Source: Clostridiales bacterium (GTDB lineage Bacteria > Bacillota > Clostridia > Oscillospirales > UBA644). From it: DNA of 64,000 nt. The translations under genes and the position numbers were made by a program. Of the stretch, positions 41,701-49,845 are shown piece by piece. Location of the stretch: assembly GCA_016281915.1 (NCBI GenBank), contig JAEEJO010000069.1, positions 26,990 to 90,989 on the forward strand. The letters are read 5' to 3'. Under the pieces are notes generated by a model, which made no database searches, was not told where the DNA came from, and saw only the letters and a program-made list of their open reading frames with translations. Each line of letters starts with the position of its first letter. Positions within the stretch are counted from its first letter, which is position 1.

Positions 41701-42461
41701 CGGTAGGAGAGATATTTGTTATACGCGTCCTTGATATATGCAACGTCTATCGCGGCATCGTCTATAACCGTGGAGAACGTGGTGTGACGGCAGTGATCTG
41801 ACCAGTATGTATCTATCATGCGTATTTCCGTTACGGTCGGATCGCGTTCCTCGGTGTTCTTAAAGTAGTCCTGCAAAAATACGATATCGTCAACGTCCAT
41901 GGCAAGACCGTAGCCGTGAACGAATTTTTCAAGCGCGGCGCGGTCAAGAGTAGTGAAGCCGTAAAGAGTCTCAACTTCGGTGGGAATATCATATTCCGTT
42001 TCGAGCGTCAGCGGCTTTTCAAAAGACGCCTCTCTCGATTCAACGGGGTTGATGAGGTATTTTTTTATCTTTTCGAACATTTCGTCCGAAATATCGCCTT
42101 TTATCGCATACACCTTGCCGCTTCTGACGGTCGGACGCTCTTTGCCGGTAAGAAGAGAAAAGCACTGTGCGCACGAATCTGCGCGAACGTCGAACTGTCC
42201 TGGCAGATATTCGGCGGCGAACATTCTTTCGCCTTCTTCCGCCGCGGGAAGAGTTTCATAAACGTCGTCAACGTTAGGCTCGGAAAAAATCAGTCTTTTT
42301 GCGCGTCCGAAATCCTCCTCCGTAACGCCTTCCACGTCGTATCTGTTGAATATGCGCACGCTCTTCACGTCCGCGCCGAGCGTTCTTGCAAGGTCAGCCG
42401 CCAGCGCGCCCGCTTCTACGGCATATTCTTTTTTCTTTTCGGAATATATTCTGTAAACCAT
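38763..42461 (-). CDS. purL: phosphoribosylformylglycinamidine synthase, single-chain large form
   Basis: 1232 aa with an FGAM synthetase core and a C-terminal glutamine amidotransferase domain (GICNGFQAL..HGEGR). Confidence 0.95.
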   Translation of the reverse strand: MVYRIYSEKKKEYAVEAGALAADLARTLGADVKSVRIFNRYDVEGVTEEDFGRAKRLIFSEPNVDDVYETLPAAEEGERMFAAEYLPGQFDVRADSCAQCFSLLTGKERPTVRSGKVYAIKGDISDEMFEKIKKYLINPVESREASFEKPLTLETEYDIPTEVETLYGFTTLDRAALEKFVHGYGLAMDVDDIVFLQDYFKNTEERDPTVTEIRMIDTYWSDHCRHTTFSTVIDDAAIDVAYIKDAYNKYLSYREELGTSKPVCLMDIATIGGKLLKKRGILKDLDVSEEINACSVKIKAKVDGVERDTLLMFKNETHNHPTEIEPFGGAATCLGGAIRDPLSGRAYVYQAMRVTGAADPRVPFEKTLKGKLPQRKITTTAAAGYSSYGNQIGLATGIVNEFYHEGYVAKRMEIGAVIGAADAANVVRERPEPGDVIILLGGATGRDGCGGATGSSKQHTLDSITECGAEVQKGNPVEELKIQKMFRRPEVTRLIKRCNDFGAGGVSVAVGELADGLDIDLDKVPKKYEGLDGTELAISESQERMAVVVDKNDAETFIKYAAEENLNAVQIAVVTDTNRLVMHWNGKETVNISRDFLNSNGAEKHTEVKVPEKEERAKEPGFAGFAERMNALVSDLNVCCQKGLVERFDGSIGARSVLWPFGGKDQLTPAQAMAAKIPCLKGESGTASVMAYGFDPYLSSERPFKGAVFAIVESVAKLIAAGCPPERMWLSLQEYFESTKNDPERWGKPFEALLGALTAQVGLGIAAIGGKDSMSGTFEDIDVPPTLVSFAVSTADADKVKSNEFKTENGYIYACLPEYTKSGLPKFAALKENFALMHAVVNCDFCKACSAITSGGIAEAVFKMAAGNGKGVELSSGLDEETLFAPLYGGFIFETDTPMSGFKKVGRVTSAKCISYKGESVFLDSLIRTWKSVLEDVFPLECREAKGTAKKYVCENRTDKAPAVKIARPKVVIPAFPGTNCEYDSARAFETAGAETEILLIRNRTALDISGSVERLERALRTAQILMIPGGFSGGDEPEGSGKFIATFFRNERIKEIVNSRIKTYDFLILGICNGFQALIKLGLLPYGEIRDIDETSPTLTFNSIGRHQSLYVDTRVSSLKSPWMNNCALGDIYSIPVSHGEGRFVASPEMLSLLAKNGQIATQYVDKSGAPSMDIKFNPNTSADAIEGIFSPDGKIFGKMGHCERRGENIAINIPGRKDMKIFEAGVEYFR

Positions 42462-42569
42462 CGTTATTACCCGCCGTTTTTTTATTTTTATGCAGTTTGC
42501 CGGAATTTTGATTTATTTTTTATTATAACATATTTCTTTTATTAATTCAATAGGCAGAAACGGAAAATT

Positions 42570-43856
42570 TCATACCGTTACGCCCTCCGCCGCTCCGTCA
42601 CGCACATCCGTTATCTTTACGGGAAGGATAAGATTGCGGATATCTTTTTCGGACTTTACCCGGACCTCGGCATATTCTTCGGTATATCCCGTATAAACGC
42701 CGTCCTTTTCTGTTTCGAAAAGCACTTTTTTCACCTTGCCGATAAGCGCTTTTTTATAGTTTTCTTCACTTTCGGCGCACGCGGCGATCATTTTTCGGCA
42801 GCGCTCGTCTCTGACTGATTTCGGGACCCTGTTTTCCATCAAGGCTGCCGCGGTGCCTTTTCTTTCGGAATACGGAAAAACGTGAACCTTTGCAAAGCCG
42901 GCGTTTTTTGCGAATTCGAGAGATACACCGAAATCTTCGTCCGTCTCACCAGGGAACCCCGTTATTATATCCGTTGTGACGGAACATTCCTCAAAAGCAT
43001 CTCTCAGCAGTTTTACCGCCGAAAGAAATTCTTCGGGAGTATAGTGCCTGTTCATTGCGCGCAGTGTTTTTTCGCATCCGCTTTGCAGAGAAAGGTGGAA
43101 ATGATGGCACAGGTTTTTGACTTTTTTCATTTTTTCAACGTTCTCTTCGGTTATAAAGACGGGTTCGAGAGACCCAAGACGCACTCTTTCAAGCCCGTCG
43201 ATATCCGAGAGACGCAAAAGAAGGTCGCAAAGATCGAATCTGCCGGTCTCTTTGCCGTAATTGTCCAGATGGATACCCGAAAGAATTATTTCCCTGCAGC
43301 CCTCGCAGACCAGCTCCCGAGCCTCTTTTTCTGCTTCGTCTATATCTTTCGAACGTATCCTTCCGCGCGTGAACGGAATAACACAGTAGGCGCAAAAATT
43401 GTTGCAGCCGTCCTGAATTTTGAGAACGCCCCTCGTTTTTTCGGTTTTGCCCGTTCTCATTTTCTCAAATGATCTTTCTTTTGAAATATCGCCTATTTCA
43501 ACTGTTTTTTTGCCCGTTTCGAGATATTTCGAAACAAGTCCGAAAACGTCTGCTTTGCCAACGTTTCCGATTATGATATCCGCCTCAGGTATTGCGGCGG
43601 CAAAGCCCGGGTCAGAGTGCGGCGCGCATCCGCAGACGACCGTGACGCCGTCCGGATTGCTTCTTTTTGCGCGTCTGACCGCCTGCTTTGATTTTCTTAC
43701 GCTTTCCTCGGTGACTGCGCACGTATTCACGATATATACGTCGCATTTTTCCCCGTCCTTTGCGGGGATCGCGCCGTTTTCTGTGAAGCTGCGGGCTATC
43801 GCTCCGCTTTCATACTGATTTACCTTGCATCCGAGTGTATGGATATAAAAAGTCAT
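42570..43856 (-). CDS. mtaB: tRNA methylthiotransferase MtaB (radical SAM, MiaB-like)
   Basis: N-terminal TLGCKVNQYES, radical SAM CNNFCAYC, and a C-terminal TRAM domain. Confidence 0.88.
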   Translation of the reverse strand: MTFYIHTLGCKVNQYESGAIARSFTENGAIPAKDGEKCDVYIVNTCAVTEESVRKSKQAVRRAKRSNPDGVTVVCGCAPHSDPGFAAAIPEADIIIGNVGKADVFGLVSKYLETGKKTVEIGDISKERSFEKMRTGKTEKTRGVLKIQDGCNNFCAYCVIPFTRGRIRSKDIDEAEKEARELVCEGCREIILSGIHLDNYGKETGRFDLCDLLLRLSDIDGLERVRLGSLEPVFITEENVEKMKKVKNLCHHFHLSLQSGCEKTLRAMNRHYTPEEFLSAVKLLRDAFEECSVTTDIITGFPGETDEDFGVSLEFAKNAGFAKVHVFPYSERKGTAAALMENRVPKSVRDERCRKMIAACAESEENYKKALIGKVKKVLFETEKDGVYTGYTEEYAEVRVKSEKDIRNLILPVKITDVRDGAAEGVTV

Positions 43857-44005
43857 ATTGTCCGGTCCCTTTCGGTTTCGGCGAAAAAAGAGTCTTTTTT
43901 CGCATCTTTTTCATCATTAAAACCTTGACTTATAATAAATAATCTGCTATACTTTAACTTAATTTAAGGCTCTGTGCAGAGCTTTTTGCAAAGGAGACTA
44001 AAATC

Positions 44006-44233
44006 ATGACGATACTTCTTGATTCCGTCGAAAAAGTTAAAAAATTCGTTGATATCGCTGCAACGTTTCCGTGCGAACTCGATATAAAGTCGGGCCGCTA
44101 CACCGTTGACGCAAAATCGATAATGGGCATTTTCAGCCTTGATCTTAAAAAACCTCTCACGCTTGTCGTTTTCTCTCCCGAATATGAAAACAAGACCGAC
44201 GTTTTTTCGGAATTCGAGTATAAGGGCGAATAA
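44006..44233 (+). CDS. HPr-like domain protein lacking the His15 region
   Basis: 75 aa. VDAKSIMGIFSLDL aligns with the HPr Ser46 region (KSIMGV). No GxHARPA N-terminal phosphorylation loop. RBS AAAGGAGA. Confidence 0.65.
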   Translation: MTILLDSVEKVKKFVDIAATFPCELDIKSGRYTVDAKSIMGIFSLDLKKPLTLVVFSPEYENKTDVFSEFEYKGE

Positions 44234-44267
44234 ATTCCGAAAAACACGATGAAAGGGGTCCAAAAAA

Positions 44268-45959
44268 ATGAAGATTTCCGAGATAAAATACGTCAGACCC
44301 GACATCGACGGCTTCAAAGCGCGCGCAAAACAGCTTTTTGAAGCCTTTGACAATGCGTCTACCGTCGGGGAACAGCTTAAAATTTACAACGAATTTATTG
44401 CAATGGGCGAAACGGTATCTACGCAGAGCTCGCTTGCATATATACGTTTTACTCTTGACACGAGAGATAAATTCTACTCTGACGAGATGGAATGGATGAA
44501 CGAAAACGCTCCGGCTCTTGAAGAGCTGAACGTTGTTTTCAGCAAAAAAATGCTTGAATCAAAATTCCGTCCCGAGCTCGAAAAAGCGCTTTCTCCCAAA
44601 CTTTTCAAAGACTATGAGATATCGCTCAAATCTTTCTCGCCCGTAATTGCGGAAGACTGCGTTGAAGAGGCGAAGCTTCAGACCGAGTATAAAAAGCTTC
44701 TTTCGTCCGCAAAGATACCTTTTAACGGAGGAGAATACAATATTCCTCAGCTCGGCAAATTCAAGGAATGCCCTGACAGAGAAACAAGAAAAGCCGCCTT
44801 CTGCGCGCAGGGCGAATGGATGAAGAAAAACGCAGATAAGTTCGACGATATTTTCGACCGCATGGTAAAAGTCCGCGACCGTATGGCGAAAAAAATGGGA
44901 TATAAAAACTACGTCGAACTCGGCTATTACCGCATGGGCAGAGACTGTTATTCGCCTGAGGATATCGCGGCTTTCCGCGAGCAGGTCCTCAGAGACTGGG
45001 TCCCGTTTGTATGCGAAAGAAAAGCGGAACAGGCGCAGAATCTCGGCGTTGACCGAATCATGCTTTACGACGATCCTGTAACCTTCAAAGAGGGCAACCC
45101 CGAACCCGTCGGAACTCCGGAAGAGATTTTTGAAAACGGCAGAAGGATGTATAAGGAAATGTCGCCCCTGACAGGCGAATTTATCGACTTCATGCTCGAC
45201 CACGATCTTTTCGACGTTACCGCAAGAGAGGGAAAATCCGGCGGCGGATACTGCACGGATCTGCCTGACTATAAAATGCCGTTTATTTTCGCGAACTTCA
45301 ACGGAACATACGGAGATATAGACGTTCTGACTCATGAAGCGGGCCATGCCATAGCCGCGTATAAGGCAATGAACGGACCTCTTTTGCCCGAGCTTCGCAG
45401 GTTCGGCATGGAAACGGCGGAAGTCCATTCGATGTCAATGGAATTTTTCGCGTGGAAGTGGATGCCGCTTTTCTTCGGAGAAAACTCGGAAAAATACTGT
45501 GCTATGCATCTCAACAACGCAATCTCTTTCATTCCGTACGGAACAATGGTCGACTACTTCCAGCAGTGCGTATACGAAAACCCCGAAATGACGCCTGCCG
45601 AAAGGAAAAAGCTCTGGCTTGACCTTGAAGCGAAGTTCCGTCCGTATATGTCGAACGAAGGGATAGCGTATATGGAAGAGGGCGGCCGCTGGCAGTATCA
45701 GAGCCACATTTACGAACGTCCGTTTTACTATATCGATTACTGCCTTGCCCAGACCGTTGCGTTTGATTTTCTTATCGCAATGCTCAAAGACTATAAAGAC
45801 GCGTTTGCGCGTTACGACCGGTTTGTGACGGCAGCAGGCTCGAAATATTTTACCGAGCTTGTTTCGGACGCGGGATTCATGTCTCCGTTCAAAGACGGAG
45901 CGCTGAAACATATCACCGAAGAACTCGAGATAATCGCAAAAAAGGAGAATGAAAGATGA
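44268..45959 (+). CDS. pepF: M3-family oligoendopeptidase (PepF-like)
   Basis: 563 aa with zinc motif HEAGHAI plus a downstream E. Confidence 0.85.
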   Translation: MKISEIKYVRPDIDGFKARAKQLFEAFDNASTVGEQLKIYNEFIAMGETVSTQSSLAYIRFTLDTRDKFYSDEMEWMNENAPALEELNVVFSKKMLESKFRPELEKALSPKLFKDYEISLKSFSPVIAEDCVEEAKLQTEYKKLLSSAKIPFNGGEYNIPQLGKFKECPDRETRKAAFCAQGEWMKKNADKFDDIFDRMVKVRDRMAKKMGYKNYVELGYYRMGRDCYSPEDIAAFREQVLRDWVPFVCERKAEQAQNLGVDRIMLYDDPVTFKEGNPEPVGTPEEIFENGRRMYKEMSPLTGEFIDFMLDHDLFDVTAREGKSGGGYCTDLPDYKMPFIFANFNGTYGDIDVLTHEAGHAIAAYKAMNGPLLPELRRFGMETAEVHSMSMEFFAWKWMPLFFGENSEKYCAMHLNNAISFIPYGTMVDYFQQCVYENPEMTPAERKKLWLDLEAKFRPYMSNEGIAYMEEGGRWQYQSHIYERPFYYIDYCLAQTVAFDFLIAMLKDYKDAFARYDRFVTAAGSKYFTELVSDAGFMSPFKDGALKHITEELEIIAKKENER

Positions 45960-46492
45960 ACGAGGAATTCCTTGCTAAAATAAAAGAGCTCGGCGTTCAC
46001 GAATACGGCATCATACCCATAGAGAAAGTTCCGTTCGAACATGAAGTAAGAGAAATGTGCGCCGTAAACAGGTGCGGATCATACGCAAAAACGTGGTGCT
46101 GTCCTCCGGGCTGCGGCACCGAGGAAGAATGCAAAGAACGCTGCATGAAATATAAAAACGTGCTTGTGTTCTCAACAAAAAGCGATCTTGAAGATTCTTT
46201 CGACTTTGAGGGAATGACCGAAGCGATGGCGCGCCACCGCGCGGTTTCCAAAAAAGTGAGAGCGCTTTATCAGGAAATGTTCGGAGACGACTTTTTCGCT
46301 CTTTCGTCCGAAGGCTGCGGCAACTGCGAAAAATGCACTTATCCGGATGCGCCCTGCCGTTTTCCCGAAACGATGATGCCTTCAGTAGAAAGCTACGGTA
46401 TCATGGTTTATAAAGAGGCCGCCGCGGCGGGGATACACTATATCAACGGGGCGAACACCGTTACTTATTTTTCAAATATTTTCTTTAACTGA
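45956..46492 (+). CDS. DUF2284-family metal-binding (Cys-rich) protein
   Basis: CGSYAKTWCCPPGCG and CGNCEKC cysteine clusters. ATGA overlap with pepF. Confidence 0.7.
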   Translation: MNEEFLAKIKELGVHEYGIIPIEKVPFEHEVREMCAVNRCGSYAKTWCCPPGCGTEEECKERCMKYKNVLVFSTKSDLEDSFDFEGMTEAMARHRAVSKKVRALYQEMFGDDFFALSSEGCGNCEKCTYPDAPCRFPETMMPSVESYGIMVYKEAAAAGIHYINGANTVTYFSNIFFN

Positions 46493-46499
46493 TATATTT

Positions 46500-46533
46500 G
46501 TCCGCCGGAAAGACTCCGGCGGGCGTTTTATTA
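46500..46533 (+). terminator. rho-independent terminator
   Basis: CCGCCGGA-aagac-TCCGGCGG followed by GCGTTTTATT. Confidence 0.8.
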
Positions 46534-46731
46534 TAAAAATATACCACATGCGAAAAAAAAAGTCAATAGACGCAAAAACCGCTCAAACATGCCAATCTTT
46601 GATTTTTTTTTTAACTTTATGCAAACGCCTTGATTTTTGAAGATTATTATATTATAATATATAAAATATCATAGAGAGATTATCGAAGAGAGATTATCGA
46701 AAAAAGCAGAAGAGGATCGGGAGGAAGCAGC

Positions 46732-47940
46732 ATGGAAGGTCAACCCATATCAATGTTCGATTTGCAGAACAATTATTTTCCCATCGGCATCATTGCGATG
46801 GACAACGCAAAGGAACTCGGAGAAAAGATCGACAAACACCTCATGTCATGGTATTATGAGGCTAAGCCCGAGGCAAAAAACGATGAAAATTCAAGAAAAT
46901 CGCTTTTGCTGAAAGCGTCGTGCCCAAGATTCAATACGGGCGACGCAAAAGCAATACTCACAGAATCCGTAAGAGGATATGATATTTATATTCTAACGGA
47001 CGTTGGAAACTACAACTGCAAATACAATATGTACGGGTTTGAAGCCCCCATGTCGCCGGACGATCATTTTCAGGATCTTAAACGCGTTATTTCGGCGATA
47101 GGCGGCAAAGCTGAAAGAATAACGGTTATCATGCCCACGCTTTACGGCGGCAGACAGCATAAAAGAAGCGCAAGAGAGTCGCTTGACGCTGCGCACGCTT
47201 TGCAGGAACTTCAGAATATGGGAGTTTCCAACGTTATCACATTTGACGCGCACGACCCGAGAGTGCAGAACGCCGTTCCCCTTATGGGTTTTGACAACGC
47301 TATGCCCAACTATCAGGTCCTCAAAGCGCTGCTGCGCAAAGTTGACGACTTAAAAATAGATAAAGATCATCTTATGGTCGTTTCGCCCGACGAAGGCGCA
47401 ATGCAGAGGAATATATTCTATTCCTCCATCATGGGCATAGACCTCGGTATGTTCTATAAACGCCGAGACTATTCCCGCATAGTAAACGGCAGAAATCCGA
47501 TCGTTGCGCACGAATATCTCGGAGCGCCTATCGAAGGAAAGGACGTTTTCGTTTCAGACGACATCGTAGCTTCGGGAGATTCCCTTCTCGGACTTGCCGA
47601 AGACCTCAAAAAAGAGGGCGCAAGAAGAATTTTCCTTTCAGCAACATACGGTCTTTTCACCGCTGGACTTGAAAGATTCGATAAGGCTTACAAGGAAGGA
47701 CTTTTCGATCTTCTTCTCTCAACCAACCTCACCTTCCAGCGCCCGGACCTTCTTGAAAGACCGTGGTATCTCAGCGTAGACGTTTCAAAATATGTTGCAT
47801 ACTTCATTCGCGCAACACATCAGAACCGCTCCGTTACCTCCATACTCAATTCTCACGAAAAGATCCATACGCTTCTTTCCAAATATATCGAAAAGCAAAA
47901 GGAAGCAGACGCAGAATGCACACTTTTTTCGCAGTCATAA
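46732..47940 (+). CDS. prs: ribose-phosphate pyrophosphokinase family protein (long form)
   Basis: PRPP synthetase-like blocks (ITVIMPTLYGGRQHKR, DAHDPRVQN, and the PRPP-binding loop VSDDIVASGDS). 402 aa. Confidence 0.8.
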   Translation: MEGQPISMFDLQNNYFPIGIIAMDNAKELGEKIDKHLMSWYYEAKPEAKNDENSRKSLLLKASCPRFNTGDAKAILTESVRGYDIYILTDVGNYNCKYNMYGFEAPMSPDDHFQDLKRVISAIGGKAERITVIMPTLYGGRQHKRSARESLDAAHALQELQNMGVSNVITFDAHDPRVQNAVPLMGFDNAMPNYQVLKALLRKVDDLKIDKDHLMVVSPDEGAMQRNIFYSSIMGIDLGMFYKRRDYSRIVNGRNPIVAHEYLGAPIEGKDVFVSDDIVASGDSLLGLAEDLKKEGARRIFLSATYGLFTAGLERFDKAYKEGLFDLLLSTNLTFQRPDLLERPWYLSVDVSKYVAYFIRATHQNRSVTSILNSHEKIHTLLSKYIEKQKEADAECTLFSQS

Positions 47941-48485
47941 ACAGAATGAAATATATAAACCGCTGGGGACTTATGCGAAACACCGAGAGGGAAAACCTTC
48001 AGCAGCATTCGCATGAAACAGCGGTTCTTGCCCATGCGCTCGCAACGATAGCAAACAAGCGCTTCGGCGAAGAGGTAAACGCGGAAAAAGCGGCTGTTCT
48101 CGCGCTTTACCACGACGCCTCAGAGATCGTTACGGGAGATATGCCAACTCCGATAAAATACGGAACTCCCGAGCTTCGCAAAAGCTACGGCATGATCGAA
48201 GACCACGCAAGAAAAATTCTTCTGAAAAGACTGCCCGATTACCTTAAGCCGGACTATGAAAAGATCCTGGATGCAGAGTCCGCCCCGGAATGGCCGTACG
48301 TAAAAGCCGCAGACACTCTTTCGGCGTATATCAAATGCGTTTCCGAGATAAATGCCGGAAATACCGAGTTTTCCGCAGCCGAAAAGAAAATTTACAAAAA
48401 GCTTGAGTCAAACCCGCTGCCTGCGCTGCACGTTTTTATGGAAGAATTCCTGCCAGCATACGGCAGAACTCTCGATGAGTCCTGA
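47916..48485 (+). CDS. YfbR-like HD-domain 5'-deoxynucleotidase
   Basis: RMKYINRWGLMRNTERENLQQHSHETAVLAHALA and YHDASEIVTGD. Start at ATG 47916 overlaps the prs end; the track ORF starts at 47763. Confidence 0.82.
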   Translation: MHTFFAVINRMKYINRWGLMRNTERENLQQHSHETAVLAHALATIANKRFGEEVNAEKAAVLALYHDASEIVTGDMPTPIKYGTPELRKSYGMIEDHARKILLKRLPDYLKPDYEKILDAESAPEWPYVKAADTLSAYIKCVSEINAGNTEFSAAEKKIYKKLESNPLPALHVFMEEFLPAYGRTLDES

Positions 48486-48505
48486 AAAAAACTAATATAA
48501 AACCA

Positions 48506-48537
48506 CAAAAAACTCCGAAGTATATTCGGAGTTTTTC
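48506..48537. terminator. bidirectional terminator
   Basis: AAAAACTCCGAA-gtatat-TTCGGAGTTTTT. Confidence 0.8.
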
Positions 48538-48596
48538 GCATTTTCATTAGTAAAGAAAGGAGGAAAACATAATATATGAAAAAAACGTAACAGTAT

Positions 48597-49034
48597 TCAG
48601 AATTCGTCTTTATCGCCGCTGTTGTTGTATCTGCGCAGGCTGTCGTTGAGCGTGTCTGCGTTTTTCTTATCCACAAAATAAAGTATCACAGTCGCCGGAA
48701 CTGCCGCTATCAGGCAGCCTGCCACGCCGTAGAGAAGAGTCGGAACGGTGTCTATGATACCCATGATCCATGACGTTCCCATCAAAACCACCGTCATTGC
48801 CACAAAAAGGGAAATGCGCTTTAAAAGCAGTTTTTCGCGGAACACGGGGATCCAGTCGAAAACAGTATCGATAACCGTAAGCAGGGCGGAAAAGACAACT
48901 GCCCACCAGAGCATGGTATAATCGTTTTGCGGACGTAGAAGATCAAGGATAAGAATCGGGATGAGCATTACGCCCAGAATAAAAAACAGCGTGCGGAAAA
49001 ACAATCTGAGTTTTTCAAAAATATTCTTTTTCAT
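48597..49034 (-). CDS. DUF3021-like small polytopic membrane protein (putative LytTR partner/inhibitor)
   Basis: About 145 aa with four predicted TM segments. ATG 49034 lies one nt after the LytTR stop codon. Confidence 0.65.
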   Translation of the reverse strand: MKKNIFEKLRLFFRTLFFILGVMLIPILILDLLRPQNDYTMLWWAVVFSALLTVIDTVFDWIPVFREKLLLKRISLFVAMTVVLMGTSWIMGIIDTVPTLLYGVAGCLIAAVPATVILYFVDKKNADTLNDSLRRYNNSGDKDEF

Positions 49035-49035
49035 C

Positions 49036-49482
49036 TCAACTGCCCCCGACACCGAGTTTTTCACGAATCAGCGATACGTACTGACGGGAAATAACTATCT
49101 TTTCTTTATTGATTAACTGAGCTATAAGCCTTCCGTTTGTTTCTGTCTGGATGCTGGCGACCTTACGAAGGTTTACTATAAAACTTTTGCTTACCCGCAC
49201 AAACGGCGTATTGCTGAACCGCTCTTCAACTTCATAAAGCTTGAGGTTCGTTTCATACACGTCGTCAGCGGTATAAAAAAACATTTTTTTGTCTGTTGTT
49301 TCAAAATAAAAAACGTCCGAAAGGCTTATAAAATACGTGGCATTGTCTTTTCTTCCGCTTATCGTGTTTGCGAAAAGGCGTATCGAAGAAATAAGACGGT
49401 CAAGATTCGGGTCGACCGCATTGCACTTTATCGTTATTTCGGGTTCCGTGAATCTGTCGTCCTGTTCGATATGAATCTTCAA
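49036..49482 (-). CDS. stand-alone LytTR-domain DNA-binding transcriptional regulator
   Basis: About 148 aa. LytTR signature (FFYT..ETNLKLYEVEERF..FVRVSKSFIVNLRKV). TTG start 49482 lies 8 nt after AGGGAGG. The longer track ORF (to 49608) would run through its own promoter. Confidence 0.78.
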   Translation of the reverse strand: MKIHIEQDDRFTEPEITIKCNAVDPNLDRLISSIRLFANTISGRKDNATYFISLSDVFYFETTDKKMFFYTADDVYETNLKLYEVEERFSNTPFVRVSKSFIVNLRKVASIQTETNGRLIAQLINKEKIVISRQYVSLIREKLGVGGS

Positions 49483-49512
49483 TGCAGTCACCTCCCTCTT
49501 CTTTATGACTGA

Positions 49513-49541
49513 AGTATAAACCAAAATCTCTTTTTCGTCAA
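49513..49541 (-). promoter_or_regulatory. promoter of the LytTR/DUF3021 operon
   Basis: On the - strand: TTGACG (49541-49536), 17-nt spacer, TATACT (49518-49513). Confidence 0.6.
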
Positions 49542-49552
49542 CCCCTTTAAGA

Positions 49553-49582
49553 GTAAGTTGCGTTTTTTCGGTTGTAAGTTGC
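49553..49582 (-). promoter_or_regulatory. pair of 9-bp direct repeats with 12-bp spacer (candidate LytTR binding site)
   Basis: GTAAGTTGC at 49553-49561 and 49574-49582 (21-bp period), immediately upstream of the -35 element. Confidence 0.55.
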
Positions 49583-49845
49583 AAAAATAACGGTCCGAAA
49601 ACAGTCAACAGAATGTTGTTTTACACTATTCGTGATATTTTAGCTTTACACAGGGTCGCAATGGCATAGATTTTATCATAAAATCAGCAAAAATGAAATA
49701 GATCGGCGAAATTTTCGGTTTCGTTATTGTTTTTTTCATATAAATATGGTATAATACGGTTTAAAGATCACCAACGAAGATATTAACGACGTTTATATTT
49801 AACTATATTAATATAACCTGCAGACACACCCAAGGAGTAGATGAT

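Noticed and set aside
42462-42569. Purine riboswitch upstream of purL
   Set aside because: Only 108 nt are available. They contain a TTGAAT..TATAAT promoter and an RBS, but no three-way junction or conserved purine-aptamer loops.
49483-49608. Longer LytTR ORF start (ATG 49608)
   Set aside because: The extension would translate through the -10/-35 elements and the 9-bp direct repeats and adds non-LytTR sequence. An AGGGAGG RBS precedes TTG 49482, giving the usual stand-alone LytTR size of about 148 aa.
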